A DNA stretch of 64,000 nucleotides from NCBI GenBank assembly GCA_051362555.1, contig CM120649.1:5952001-6016000 (forward strand), read 5' to 3'. This document shows positions 25,585 to 37,999 of this stretch, piece by piece (within the stretch, counting starts at the first letter, position 1; each line of letters begins with the position of its first letter). Below the pieces are notes generated by a model. The model did no database searches, had not been told where the DNA came from, and saw only the letters and a list, made by a program, of their open reading frames with translations. Position numbers and translations under genes: made by a program. This DNA is from Lingula anatina (taxonomy: Eukaryota; Animalia; Brachiopoda).

Positions 25585-28086
25585 TTAAACAGTCGTCTCC
25601 TTTTTGGCACGTGTTGGTTTAAAACGCGCGTCCGTTGCATCTGTGGATAGCGGCGTCGCAAGCACCGCTGGTAAGGGATTTTCCTTCGGAGCACTCTCTG
25701 CTGACAAAGCCCCCAAGCGGGAAATCTCACGTGACCACTTAAATACGTCATTGAGTACCTCCTTGTTGATTCGCCTGGCAGAGTTGTATGTACCACGCCC
25801 GTAACCATGGATACCTATGACGACCCAGTCTTGGTAGTACCAAGTCCAGACGGGACTTCCGCTCTGGCCGCCTGCTGTATCGGTGTCGTAATCGAACATC
25901 CGGTCACGTGCCCTAGATATCCTTCCGCCCCCTATCCACAGCGTTCCGTCGGATTTGTCACCCGGATAACCACAGATGTTAACCACTCTATTCTGGAGGG
26001 CTTCATCGGGGAGAAGATTGTACCCAAAGCCGTAGGAATCCCTTGGCAATGCTGCCCGGACTCTGTTTGTATCACTTACAAATATGGCGCCATAGTCATG
26101 CACGGAAGCGTCTCTACCTAAAAAAGGAACAATACCATGTACACACGGACTGACATAAAGCCATCACTGATGTGTAGTTTGACTCATACGGGAATACTTC
26201 TAACGAATGTGTTGTGTATGTCTTGTGTTAAGTCATCAAAGTAATTTCATTTGTAGACTACAGTTCATCAATACAGCAGATTTTTTAAAATAATCATTAC
26301 TTCCTGAAGTAATATTCCTCATATAAAGATCACTGGCCCGGAAGCTAGATGGGTACACTGTAAAGTGCCCGTATGGTAGCTGCCACGTGTCTCGGCCGGG
26401 GTACACCTTCACTTTCTGCACATACGCTCCTTTGATGAAAAAACAGTACCAAAATTTTATTTTACGACAAAATCAAAAATTGATTTACCTTGGAAAGATG
26501 TAATGAAACAGCAATGGATAGAAATTTTATCCAGATACGTGTACTAGCATTTGACATGTATTCTGACTTCTTACAATTTACAATCTGTATGCAATGCTGA
26601 AAAATACACCTTAATCGCACAAGTGATATTTTCATAATATATTTTTTCACTTTACTAACAAATTCGATCGCATTTTAAGCTCATTAAAAATATGAAATAA
26701 ACAATTATTCTTTTACGTCTTACTTACAACAAATACTTTCGAACTATGTAACAATATATAGAGATGCGTCCTTTTTTCAAAACTCAACGCACCTTCAATG
26801 AATAAGTTGTGTGCGCATGTCAGGATGACCAGGTCACGTGATGTCCCCCGCAGAGCTGTACAAAAGAAGCCGGTGCCCTTGTAGCGATCATTGCCAGCGT
26901 AAATCTCAAGGTAGCAAATCCACTTGTAAGGTGGTGAGGTACAGGGAGAGACGCGGAGGCGTTCGTCTGCCATCACGACATGCTCCATCTCGGGCGGTCG
27001 TCTGAATTTGTAAAAACAATGTTGTTTATACAACACAGGCCTAATTTCAAAGTGACTTATCATCCTAGAAATAACTTTTATTGGTAGAACAAGACCTGGT
27101 ATATATGATATACATGTATATACTTGATAGTGTTATTCAAAATTGATTTATTCGGGCCGTTATCAAAGAGATAAGAAAGACTTAAGACACCATAATCCTA
27201 AGGAAAGGTAGTTGTAATACCACTATATTCCTCATATTATAGTGATTATACAGTTTATTTATGCATGCGTTAGATTAAGTTGAGGGTTAGTTTTATATTC
27301 GGATTATCCTCCAGTTTTAATTTTTCCCAAACAAGAATAAGATAAAATGCACATGAAACGTTTATCCCGGATGTTCCCAGCCTCGATGCTTTAGATATTT
27401 CAATATAAATATTTTTTAATTAAAACTAAGTTGATAAAAGCCATAAACTCTTGTTTGTTATCTGTTGCCGATGAAAACTGACCCCCCAATTTTATCTAAC
27501 GCATGCATAAATAAAATCATTATGATACTCACATGACTTCAATGTCTTCTAGGATCAACGGTGACTCTTTCAGGTTCTTCACGGCTTTCTGTTTCTTGGG
27601 ACCAAAACTGACCTCCACATCGTCCACGTCACTGGCGGCCTGCATTGACCTCGGCTCCTCGGAACTTTGATCTTTTGGGAAAATAAATGCCATAAATTAA
27701 CAATATAATGCTATAATGCTAAGGGTTTTCAACGTAAAAATCAAGCGTCAAAATGAAATGATAATGCTGATTTTTTTCAAAGTAAAATCCAATACCATTC
27801 ACTTAATACATGGACAAAGTTCAGACATCTCGATTACAATGGCGACACCAGAGATGCATTTCAACTTGAATTAAAATAACTTTCTTTCAGTTTTGTTCAT
27901 AGATTGATGAAATAAGTCTACACGTAATTTTCAGCACCATTTTTAAGCAGGACCAAAATCTCTATATATCTAGCGTTTCCCACATTCTTGTTTACACTGA
28001 TCATATTTTTTTATTATGAGTTCGGTATATGTCCATTCATACACACCCGACGTCATGTTGTCTTCATTTTTCTCTTTGTCCTTCAT
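25585..28086 (-). CDS. V8-like glutamyl endopeptidase paralog B; exons 28047-28086, 27533-27671, 26793-27001, 26301-26429, 25585-26117
   Basis: All four introns are GT-AG and keep frame: MKDKEKNEDNMTS|DQSS..DDVEVSFG..EVI|RPPEME-HVVMADERLRVSP..TCAHNLFIE|GAYVQKVKVYPGRD..TSG|SRDASVHDYGAI..GYPGDK..DTAGGQSGSPVW..IGIH. First exon is less certain. Confidence 0.85.
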
Positions 28087-29902
28087 TTTCCCATTTGTTT
28101 CTAGTCTTGTCCTGTTAATAAACAACGTTTTCTGTGAAAAAGAAAAAAAAAAAAAAGACGTAAGCTGTGTTTTGCACAAATAATGAAGCAGGATTTTACT
28201 TCCCTCAGCAGCAAGTACTGAAATTGCTATTGTTACCTCCCACATAGCGGTCTCTATCTAGAGCATCTTCATCAGTGAATAATACTTTCTAGGGGAAATA
28301 GCCTCTACCCTGGTGATTTATGAAGCAGGCGGGTGCCAGTCTCAACAGAAATGCTAGGGCCTCCCTCCCTGGACTGAATCACGGTGTTTCTGAGGCAGTG
28401 GGTATTGAGGTGAGGGTAGGGGTGGGTGGGAGCAAGTTCATCTCCTGGATAGACTCATTCTCAGATGGAAATGCTATAAACAGTACTCGAAATATAAGTG
28501 ATAAACAATAATTTCAGTGCTAGCTGTTGGACGAAGAAAAATTACCCGTTATTTGCAATGTAGACAATATAACATTCATTGTGATAAGCTGCTATTAAAG
28601 CTAATTAAGATAATATCATACTTTGCTATAGTTATGCTGCATTGACTGCGTACTTCTTCCTAAAAGACCCAAAATCGCTGATGTGAGGACACCTACATGT
28701 ACATTGCCTCTCATCTTCACAATACATTATCATGAACTTAATCTTTAAGTGTATAAGATTCTCTTTGCAATATGAAGCTCTGACTCATATAACTGATATC
28801 CTGTTAATATTTAAGTACTAGTAGATACATGTATGATTCCATTTGGTATATTTTTATGAAATATATTCCTCTATTAATTCGTAGAATCGTGTCAATATGG
28901 GTGATAAATGCAATATGGATAATAAAATCATTAGGCCTAAATGAAAGAATTATCGACGTAGAATGAAATACAGCTCTGTTCTGATGGGGCTGTTGAATCT
29001 ACTAAGTGAAACTAATCAACTCGATGACTCATTCATTATATTGAAACATGTTGGATGCTCACCTAAAAATAAATAAAGCGGAGGAGTAAAGTACTGGTGG
29101 TTTACTGTAAATGGAACCCATTCCTAGCCTGTGGAGTAAGTTCAACCAAGGGTTTGGAAGTCAGGGTGAAAAATAGCTACTGCCTGTATGGAAAACCACG
29201 TTTTCAGGGTACTCACTTTACCCTCTATCAGGGTGGCATATATTAGAGGCACATTTTCCACAGTTAGAAGATTTACCATATCTAGCCCTTGGACATAATA
29301 ACGATTTTGTCCATGTCTAGCCAGAGATATTATCTTTGAACATCTAGTGATAAATCAATTTGTGGCCCTGGTACAGGGCACTCTCACCTTTAGAATCGTG
29401 TTGCACACACACTGTGCTTGCAACCTGCACTGGTAGACAGTACTCGACACCCTATTACAAAAGCATATAACAAGTTGTCACATGAGAAACGGAGATTTGA
29501 GTATAAGAAGGCTAATATAACAGCCAACGCAATGCTTTGGGAATCAGGGTAATGCCAAGCGTATAGCGGAAAAGAGAATATTGAACATTATGCCGTGCAA
29601 ACCCCCGGTGTACTGGCACACTGTACTCACCTCTTCCGTCTTTGCACCCTGTGACCAAAGCTACATTTCTGCCTAGTCCACCTCCAGTCACGCTGACGCT
29701 ATTACAAACGTGAAAGCCCGACACATCAGGCTAGGTTCAATGCATTCATATGCTGGTGGTGTTTACTTAACCCGATTTTGTTCAAATTTTTCGATCGATT
29801 ATCATTGTTGACCACGCGGGAGGCGTTTCATTATGACGTCATTCAATAACTTAATACGCGTATGCTGGCATAGGCCTAAATACATTGTTAAGTACCCACA
29901 TA

Positions 29903-30456
29903 CTATGAGCGCATTCTCAACGAATTAAGCCAGGCTTTACAAAGCCGGTGACCTAAAAATGGCGGACGTACATGAAAGAAAAACCGCCTAATCTTTTAAT
30001 AGTCTCTCCGCCTCTCACACGCCTCCCCACACGTCGTCCCTGCGGGGTACAGTAATTAAATCTCGGCTCCGAACATTAATATTTCCGTGAATATCTCTGG
30101 TGATATTATCTCCGTAGATAGTCGATTCATTGCTGCTCTACGGGCCAAATTATTCCTTTTTCGTCTCTGTTTTCAAAGATAATAGAACAGAAGAGCTTTT
30201 TTCCTTCGATCGCCTTCAGCCGCCATGCTTTCTTCACCACGAGTTTAACTGATGAGCATGCGCACTTAATATTTCTCAGGTAGCTTCCGCATGGCGAACG
30301 GAGCCGAGATTTAATTACTGTACCCCGCAGGGACGACGTGTGGGGAGGCGGAGAGACTATTAAAAGATTAGGCGGTTTTTCTTTCATGTACGTCCGCCAT
30401 TTTTAGGTCACCGGCTTTGTAAAGCCTGGCTTAATTCGTTGAGAATGCGCTCATAG
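29903..30456. mobile_element. Young non-autonomous DNA transposon/foldback element with ~165-bp near-perfect TIRs
   Basis: ctatgagcgcattctcaacgaattaagcc...ctcggctccg versus its reverse complement at ~30299-30456; one short indel. Confidence 0.85.
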
Positions 30457-31321
30457 ACTCAAACTGAACCAAGTAAATGTTCCTTTTGCATCGGACTTAT
30501 GTCATAAACACTTCAGAAAAATGTTGTCTATTTTAAAAATAGTAATCAAATTGTTAAATTTGACGTTATTTATCTTTCAGTAAACAGCCGTAATAAAATT
30601 TTCGAGGTAGCCGATTTAATTTTCCTTTCCGTATGACAGTAACTTTTTTCTCTTTTCTTTTTATCAAATCAATGTTTGGTGGAGATTTGAATCGGTTATT
30701 CAAACAGTCAATAATAAGATAAGTACGAAAAATAATCGAAAGGAAAAATTCTATTCTGATATCTTCACATTTTGTCTGACTTACATTTTCATGGAAATGA
30801 AGTTATGTTGCAATCACTATGGCAGAGAAATTTAAATGAAAATAGTGCTATACAGCTAACTAGGCAATTACTTTGCTCTACTGTTCGGAAAGCCTTTGAT
30901 AATTAGAGACACACTTTGCAAAACGTCCATTTTCTTTTTAAAAAACTTTTTATTGAACCAGTGAGAATACTTTATTGAAGATCAGTTTTTATATTTACAT
31001 CATTTTAAAAAACGGTGACTGGATAAGAGTTGAAAAGAGAGAGAAATAACTGAAAAAAAGATTTTTTTTGCATCAACTGCAAATTTAAAGCAATAGCTTT
31101 GCTTTGTGAAAATACTGTGTGTGGTGTAAGAACTACATAAAGGTCTTTTTATCAAGCAGCAGGCCTTGTATTGCACTATGACTTGAAAAACTTGAATTTT
31201 ATGTACGTTTGATAAATAATAATACTTCGTGGAAGCGCCTTTACTGGTCAAAACAATCCTTCGTTGACTAATTAGCAGTGTCTTACTTATTACCTTCAGT
31301 AACATGATATACCTAAACTCA

Positions 31322-33188
31322 TTACTGCTTAATTTCCCGCGTCCACTGCTGTACCTGCGCTACGAGGTCTTTAGTGATACGTCTAGCTGAGTTATAACCC
31401 CCTTCCTCAGGGACACCCTTCAAATGTATCCCCACCAAAACAAAATGGTGACGATTCCACATCCAGACGGGGCTTCCGCTCTGCCCCTTGGCCGTATCAG
31501 TGTCATAGAATATACGCCTGTCACTCACAGCTTGGACACGCCCACCGCCCAAGTGCAGAGACCCAATTGGCTTATCGTTCGGGTAACCAGCAAGCGAGGT
31601 CACCTGATTAAGTAAGTTGACGTCATCTATTATACTATACCCAAAACCAAACTCGTCCTGATTGTAATCAACGTAACTAGCGGGCAGCAAAATTGCTCCA
31701 TAATCTTCTGATGCGATTTTATTATTGACGTAATTTTGCGACACCCGGAAGTGAGTCGGGTAGACTCTGTAGGCCCCCAGGGGGGCGCTGCGACCGTCCA
31801 GCCCCGGGTAGATGTCCAGGTATTTCACGTAGCCCCCGTGGGTGTGCATGTAGAGGTTGTGTCCGGCGGTGAGAATGAGACCTCCTTTCCCCGAAATCAT
31901 GGATGTGAAGGCACCTGTACCGGCGAATTTCTTCCCGTCACTGGCCGTCATCACGAGGTAGCAAACCCATCTATAGAGTAAAAAAATTAACAAGTATCAG
32001 ATGATATTGCGCGGAATGTTATGCAAGTGCTAACAAGTATTCCTGTTTTGTTTGTCGAGTTCTTAATAAAAAAAAAAATTGCCCAAAAAACATAAATGGC
32101 TTACAAGTCCATACTGCGTAAATCGGTGGCGTCTATCGGATAAGCTGTTTTTTTTTTTTTTTCACAACTGGACTCATAGTGTTTCCTCCCTGCGACGTAA
32201 TATTTGAATAACAGGCATATCAACACACACAATATAAAAAAATATGTAAAAGTATATCCTAGCACTGCAAAATATGAAACCTTTTTATTTGCATGTATAA
32301 AACAATTACCTATACGGCTGTGAAGTGCAGGGAGTAATGTGTATTCTTTCGTCTCCTTGTACTATACTCTCTGGCAAGAAACCTTGAGACATCATTGCAG
32401 AATTATTCAGCTTTTTATACTCGTTATCATCTACACCGTAAAATATGGCGCCCTCTAGTTTTGCGTCCTCTTGAACGTAAGTTGACTTCCGGGTTAAATG
32501 CGCATGCGGCATGTCACGTGGAGGGACGTGAGTTGGGATCCTTTCTGTGCTGAGACCGTTGGAAGACCTAATGTGAAGAGGTCCCGTGAGTTCGGGCACT
32601 GGAAAGATAGGAACCAGATGTCACTCATAACACAATCCAAGGTTTATTACAATTGGTGTAGTTCAACGTAACACAATTTGTCACACCAAACACAATTTGC
32701 AACTTGAAAATTTTGAAAAACGGTTTATTATTTCTGATTGGCCCGCTCAACACAGGAACAATGGCATATAAATTGTTGCTTACATCTAACACATTTCCAT
32801 GCATTATAACTGTAACATTTATGTTGTTATCAGCAACAGCTAGCTAGAACATAAAAATGTATACAATGAAGTCTGTACTTCAGTGAATCTAGAAAAAACC
32901 AAGTTAGCAAGCCATAATATTTCAATCCAGATTACAACAATGCCCATCAACCATAATCGCTTATCATCTTGATGTAAACTGAGAATTTCTGTTACTTTTA
33001 ACATATTAAAACATCGGTCAAAAGACATGAGCGTAATCCCTACCAGGTATCGCACCGTCGTTTAAATCTCTCACCACTGGCGATCTCTCTGGGGAGTGAT
33101 CGTGCGCCCACGGAAAGGGGGAACCACCACTGGCAGGGGGTGCGAAACGCCGTACACCCCCTCGTGGAGTGCGGTCGTAATAGGACAT
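31322..33188 (-). CDS. V8-like glutamyl endopeptidase paralog C; exons 33044-33188, 32310-32598, 31322-31970
   Basis: MSYYDRTPRG..PWAHD..GAIP|VPELTG..LPE-SIVQGDERIHITP..PYR|WVCYL..TAGH..EDYGA..GYPNDK..DTAKGQSGSPVW..VGIH; splice phases are compatible. Confidence 0.85.
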
Positions 33189-33929
33189 TGTGCACGTCTT
33201 GTTTAGGAGGATCTGAAAGGAAGACTTGGGACATTAGACAGATGGCGGGGCATAATATTAAGTTGTACAAGCTAAGATATGCAAATGCAGATAAATAAAA
33301 AAATGCATTATTAAACATGTAAAGAGAGAGAGAGGGAGAGAGATGAAACGTGCACTGACGTCTTTACCAAAACGTGAAATCACGAGGTTTTCAGATCCCC
33401 ACTTTCAAACCGCAAGACATATATTTCTGACATAAGGAAGTTACCACATTTTGATAACAACATAATACTGGCAACCTCAGTATAAACAGGGTTTTGATGA
33501 CCGCTTTATACAGGCTCAATGCCAACCATGGAACAAGATGATTAATCATGTCTTAAAAGTCTGCCAATTTTTCGCCCACTGCCTCGGTAAACAGCTGCAA
33601 AATAATGCTTACGTGACTTCAAAGGATTCGCATGATATCCATCCAATAACAAGTAATGTTAAAGAACATGTTTTATGCTGCAGCATTAAGAGCAATCTCC
33701 CTGGCAACCGCCATTAGATAAAATGTACTGCGTTAATTAGGTTTAACATGCCCCTTTTCATTACCACATGAAGAATACATTGGTGGCACTTTTGTTTATC
33801 GCTAAGCTATGGATGTCTGCTTGAAAAAATTACATTAGGAAAGCGTATCCTTTGTGGTCCATCCACTCTGCCGGTTTCTGGCTAAAATTTAAACAGTGAA
33901 CACCACTCTTATTGATTATCCGGTTACTC

Positions 33930-34149
33930 TAAGACCCCATTCCCAGAGATTAGATCGATCCAAACTAGATCGACCTTACTCCCTGGAGGTGCACGCTAAA
34001 TAGCTGTCAGCCAAGCGGGCACGAAAGTTAATTACCCCCTTACAGCTTGCAGTAGGCGGGACGGACATTTAAGCCGGATTATCTGACAGTAATCTAGTGA
34101 GACTCCCCACGGGGATAGATCGATCTAAATGTCTGGGAATACGCCCTAA
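33930..34149. mobile_element. ~220-bp MITE family copy
   Basis: Matches the 18010 and 59431 copies; TIR cattcccaga.attagatcgatc. Confidence 0.8.
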
Positions 34150-34179
34150 CTACAACAACGACACAATGAACATGTACGT

Positions 34180-34244
<65 letters not shown>

Positions 34245-34953
34245 ATGCCAATGTAACTCTCTACTAGTCTGCCGCCATCCCTTCCCTCAACTACGAATAC
34301 CCTGTTTAAACCCATAAATTTCATTTAATAAGTCTCAGTTTGTGAAATAAATACAGAAAATAGTTTTATTCACCTCAGGCTCGTTCCACTTAGCCCTGTT
34401 TAGTACATAATTCGTACGGACTGTGACACAAAGCAACAGGGGGGAGGGGGTCTGCCACTTCCGCCAGTTGACAATAAATTAAAGAAGAACAGAGTGAGCC
34501 GTTAACACCTCACACATGGCTGACACCGTAATTAATAGCACTGTACCAGTGTCGGCCCTCTGACACCTGTTGTGCAGGCCAGATGGTTTACTACTCCTTC
34601 CAGGTGCGAGTGTTTTGGAGGTATCGATCCCCGGTCAGGTTGTGACAGGATCGTACCAAACATCAACGTAAAAACCTAACCCCCCCCCCTCCACACACAC
34701 ACATACTATTACGCACACACGTTCGGGCCTCACTGCAACACGAAGCAGAGTAGGCCTAATACCTAAAACTGCGGTCAGATCTAGGACCCACTAGGTCAAA
34801 GGCAATTAATGTATCTTATATAATGACCATATTGTGCGACCTTGCGTGCATTCTGTTAAATTATTCCTATTGCCTTACCGACAGGACACCTCATATGAAA
34901 AAATACTGAGTTATTAGGCCTACTTATTTAAGATGCACTGGGATTAGGACACG

Positions 34954-35035
34954 ACTCACCTTTTACATTCAAACAGAGATGTGAGTCCAGTAGGCCGGAA
35001 GATCCCAGGCACAGTACAATGGGCTATATAGACCT
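34954..35035 (-). promoter_or_regulatory. Candidate TATA box and 5'UTR exon of protease C
   Basis: Minus-strand TATATAG at ~35024-35030 followed ~65 nt later by an AAG|GTGAGT donor. Confidence 0.35.
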
Positions 35036-35473
35036 TGGCGCACCTATAAGAGCCTCTCGATATTAATCTGTCCTATCTTCAAATATATTCCACTTCCCCC
35101 AACATTGTCCGTTTATGTCACATACCACTCAATACTGAAAATGTTAATTAACCTCATTTTCAATACTTAAACAGTATATCAATGGCTTTAACAATAGTCT
35201 GATAACGAGATCATTGACTGGAGAGTGACCCTGAATGCGCATAAGGTATGCAACATGGCGCCTCGCAGTAATATCACGCTATATGCTTCTCTGATTTTGA
35301 ATTAATGTATATAATGACATTTGAGAATGCATGAACTTCATGCGATATAATCAATATACACGACAATTAAAAGACAAAGTCATAGCGCGATGAAAATTGC
35401 TGATGACGACCAGGTAAATACTAGTATGGCCATCATACTTGTACATAGCCTTACATGGTACCTGCCAAAGTAC

Positions 35474-35718
35474 TAGGGGCCATTCCCAGACTAACTGTGG
35501 ATCGATCTATTTCCGAGCAGATTTTAGTTAAATTGCAATCAGCAGCTTAGATGTCTGTCACGTCTACTGAAGCTGCTAGAGGTAATTAATTATCGTTTGG
35601 CATCTTCAGTGGGCGCGCCAGACATCTAAACCGCTTAAGCTGAAAGCAAATTAGCGAGAAACCCCCCGGAGATGGATCGATCCTGTTAGATCGATCTAGG
35701 TATGGGAATCCAGTCTAA
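35474..35718. mobile_element. Diverged ~220-bp MITE family copy
   Basis: cattcccaga...gatcgatc ... gatcgatctaggtatgggaatccagtcta. Confidence 0.6.
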
Positions 35719-37953
35719 GTAATTGAGTGCCACAGGTAATTAAATGTAATAAGCCAAATTGGCATTAAGCGTAAGTTTATGTCTGTAGCTTAGTTAAAGA
35801 TAGACGAGGTATATGAGTATTGCCAGAATTATAATAGTGGTAGCTAAATTGGTCTTTGACAGGGCGAGATAAGGGCGGGGAGGGGGTGTGCTTGTTTCTC
35901 TTTTTTAATCCTTTGACTCCTGACCGGACATACTTTATGAATAGTTGACGTTTTTTTTTCATTTGTTGAGTGGAAAAATATGTGATCTTTGTTAAAGAAT
36001 GGGATTAAAATTAGAAAAATGAAATTTAATGGCATGGAGTGAAAAAGAATAAATTGACGGATGTGAACTAAAATAAAATAAACAGAAAATTATGAAATAC
36101 GACAATCGATTTGCTTGTAATTAACAAACAAAAGCGTTTTGGTTATTTATCAGCATTATTTTACTTAAATACGCAATGTTTCACGTAATTTATCTAATCG
36201 GTTGCTTGAAAATATTACCAGAACGAGCATAGGGACATCCTAATGGCAGCAAAACCAAAACAAATTTGGCAAACGTGATTTATACGAATGAATAAAAAAT
36301 GCTGAAAAGATGGAGTCGACAAAGGGCGATCAATATCGTTTTATTTAGACGGAGTGTGTCGCGTCAATAATTTGCCCCAAATGTATTTTCCGATGTTACT
36401 TATGTAAATACAGTATATGCAAGTGTCTAGATCTACTGATACATGCACCAACCCCAAATCAGCGGCCTTGGATCTTTTTTCTATTTGGATAATTCACTCT
36501 GTATATGTGCACTGTGAGTGTGAAACTGATCGGTTATTTAACACGAACGACCTGATAGCAAGGGGCCGACAAACCATAGGAACAGGTTGCCCTCACTATA
36601 CAGTGAACTATAAAAAGATTGCTTTCAACAACGTTAGACCGACCTAAAAATAACAATGCACAATGAATTGTGTCAGAAATTTTCTAGTGGGCCGCCCCAA
36701 AAAATAACGCTTGCCAGATTCTCCAGTTGGGGTATGCTCAGTTGTGAATACCATTGTGTACGCCGGAGATGAAGCTATGCACACTCCATTTACTGCCTGC
36801 AAAAAAGATTTCGCATTGTATCACGATCATTATTATCAAAGATCAGTAATGGCGCCCGTATTAATGACGTGCTTAACACGTTTAACTGTCAAAGTGACCC
36901 CAGGTCAATTAAAAAAAATTACAGTTAAGGTGGAACCAGTGATTTTTTTAAACGTCAAGGATTATACATTTGTGAATTTTGGAGAAGCTGCAATTTAAAA
37001 ATTGTAAATATAATATAGGGTGTGCATTAAAAGCTCTAATAATCTGGGGAATGTGGGAACGAACAATTTAACATTAAATAATTATCTTCACTAAAATTTT
37101 AAGCTAAATCCTTTACCCTTTATTAGTAATGTGACTATATCCATTTTATATGCACTGATGCCATGTATGATCTTTAATTATAAGTTTTCTATATTATTTA
37201 GTTGAATAAATCGGAAGATCAAAGTTGTAATTTTGTTCCACGCTCATAAATACCTAATCCCGCAAAGGGTATAAATAGTCTTCCAGACCAACCTCAACCT
37301 TAAAGAATTAATGAAACGGGGGTGGCGGAAACCACCAAATAAATCGGAAATTTCTTTTTCGTCATCCTGTAAACAAAATCAGTGGCTATTGTTGTGACAG
37401 GACCCTTCCCTTTCTCTCCGTCCCTGCCCAGGATCCAATCCAGCCCCGTTCATTCAATGGTAGTGAACCGTGACGTCGCCACCCATCGTATTTGATTTCA
37501 CTGATTTTATCCTACCTGATCGGTCAAGTCTTCTGTATTTTTATCCATTTTGATACACATTCCCCCGTACCTTTACATTATCTACATGTACATGTAAGTT
37601 ATTAATACGGCATATAATATGAATTGAGTGGGTTCGCCCGGGAATCACTCATGCATGCGAGTATTTCCTCCGGCTGCAACGAATGGCTTTGTGAGAACAA
37701 ATCTGATTTGGAGAGATAGAGAGCGTAATGTATGTGTGAGAGAGAATGCAGAGACGAGTGCATAAGTTTGTGTGTGTATCCTCTACCAGGGCCACAGATT
37801 GATTTTTTTACTAGATATTCACAAATATGTCTCTTGTTAATCGATGGCACATTTCTGCACTCACGCTAGAATCCAAAATCCTAGACTCACTTTGAGAAAA
37901 GTGTCTATTATTATCTGCGGCTGGTAGAGGGTAATGTGTGTGTGTGTGTGTGC

Positions 37954-37999
<46 letters not shown>

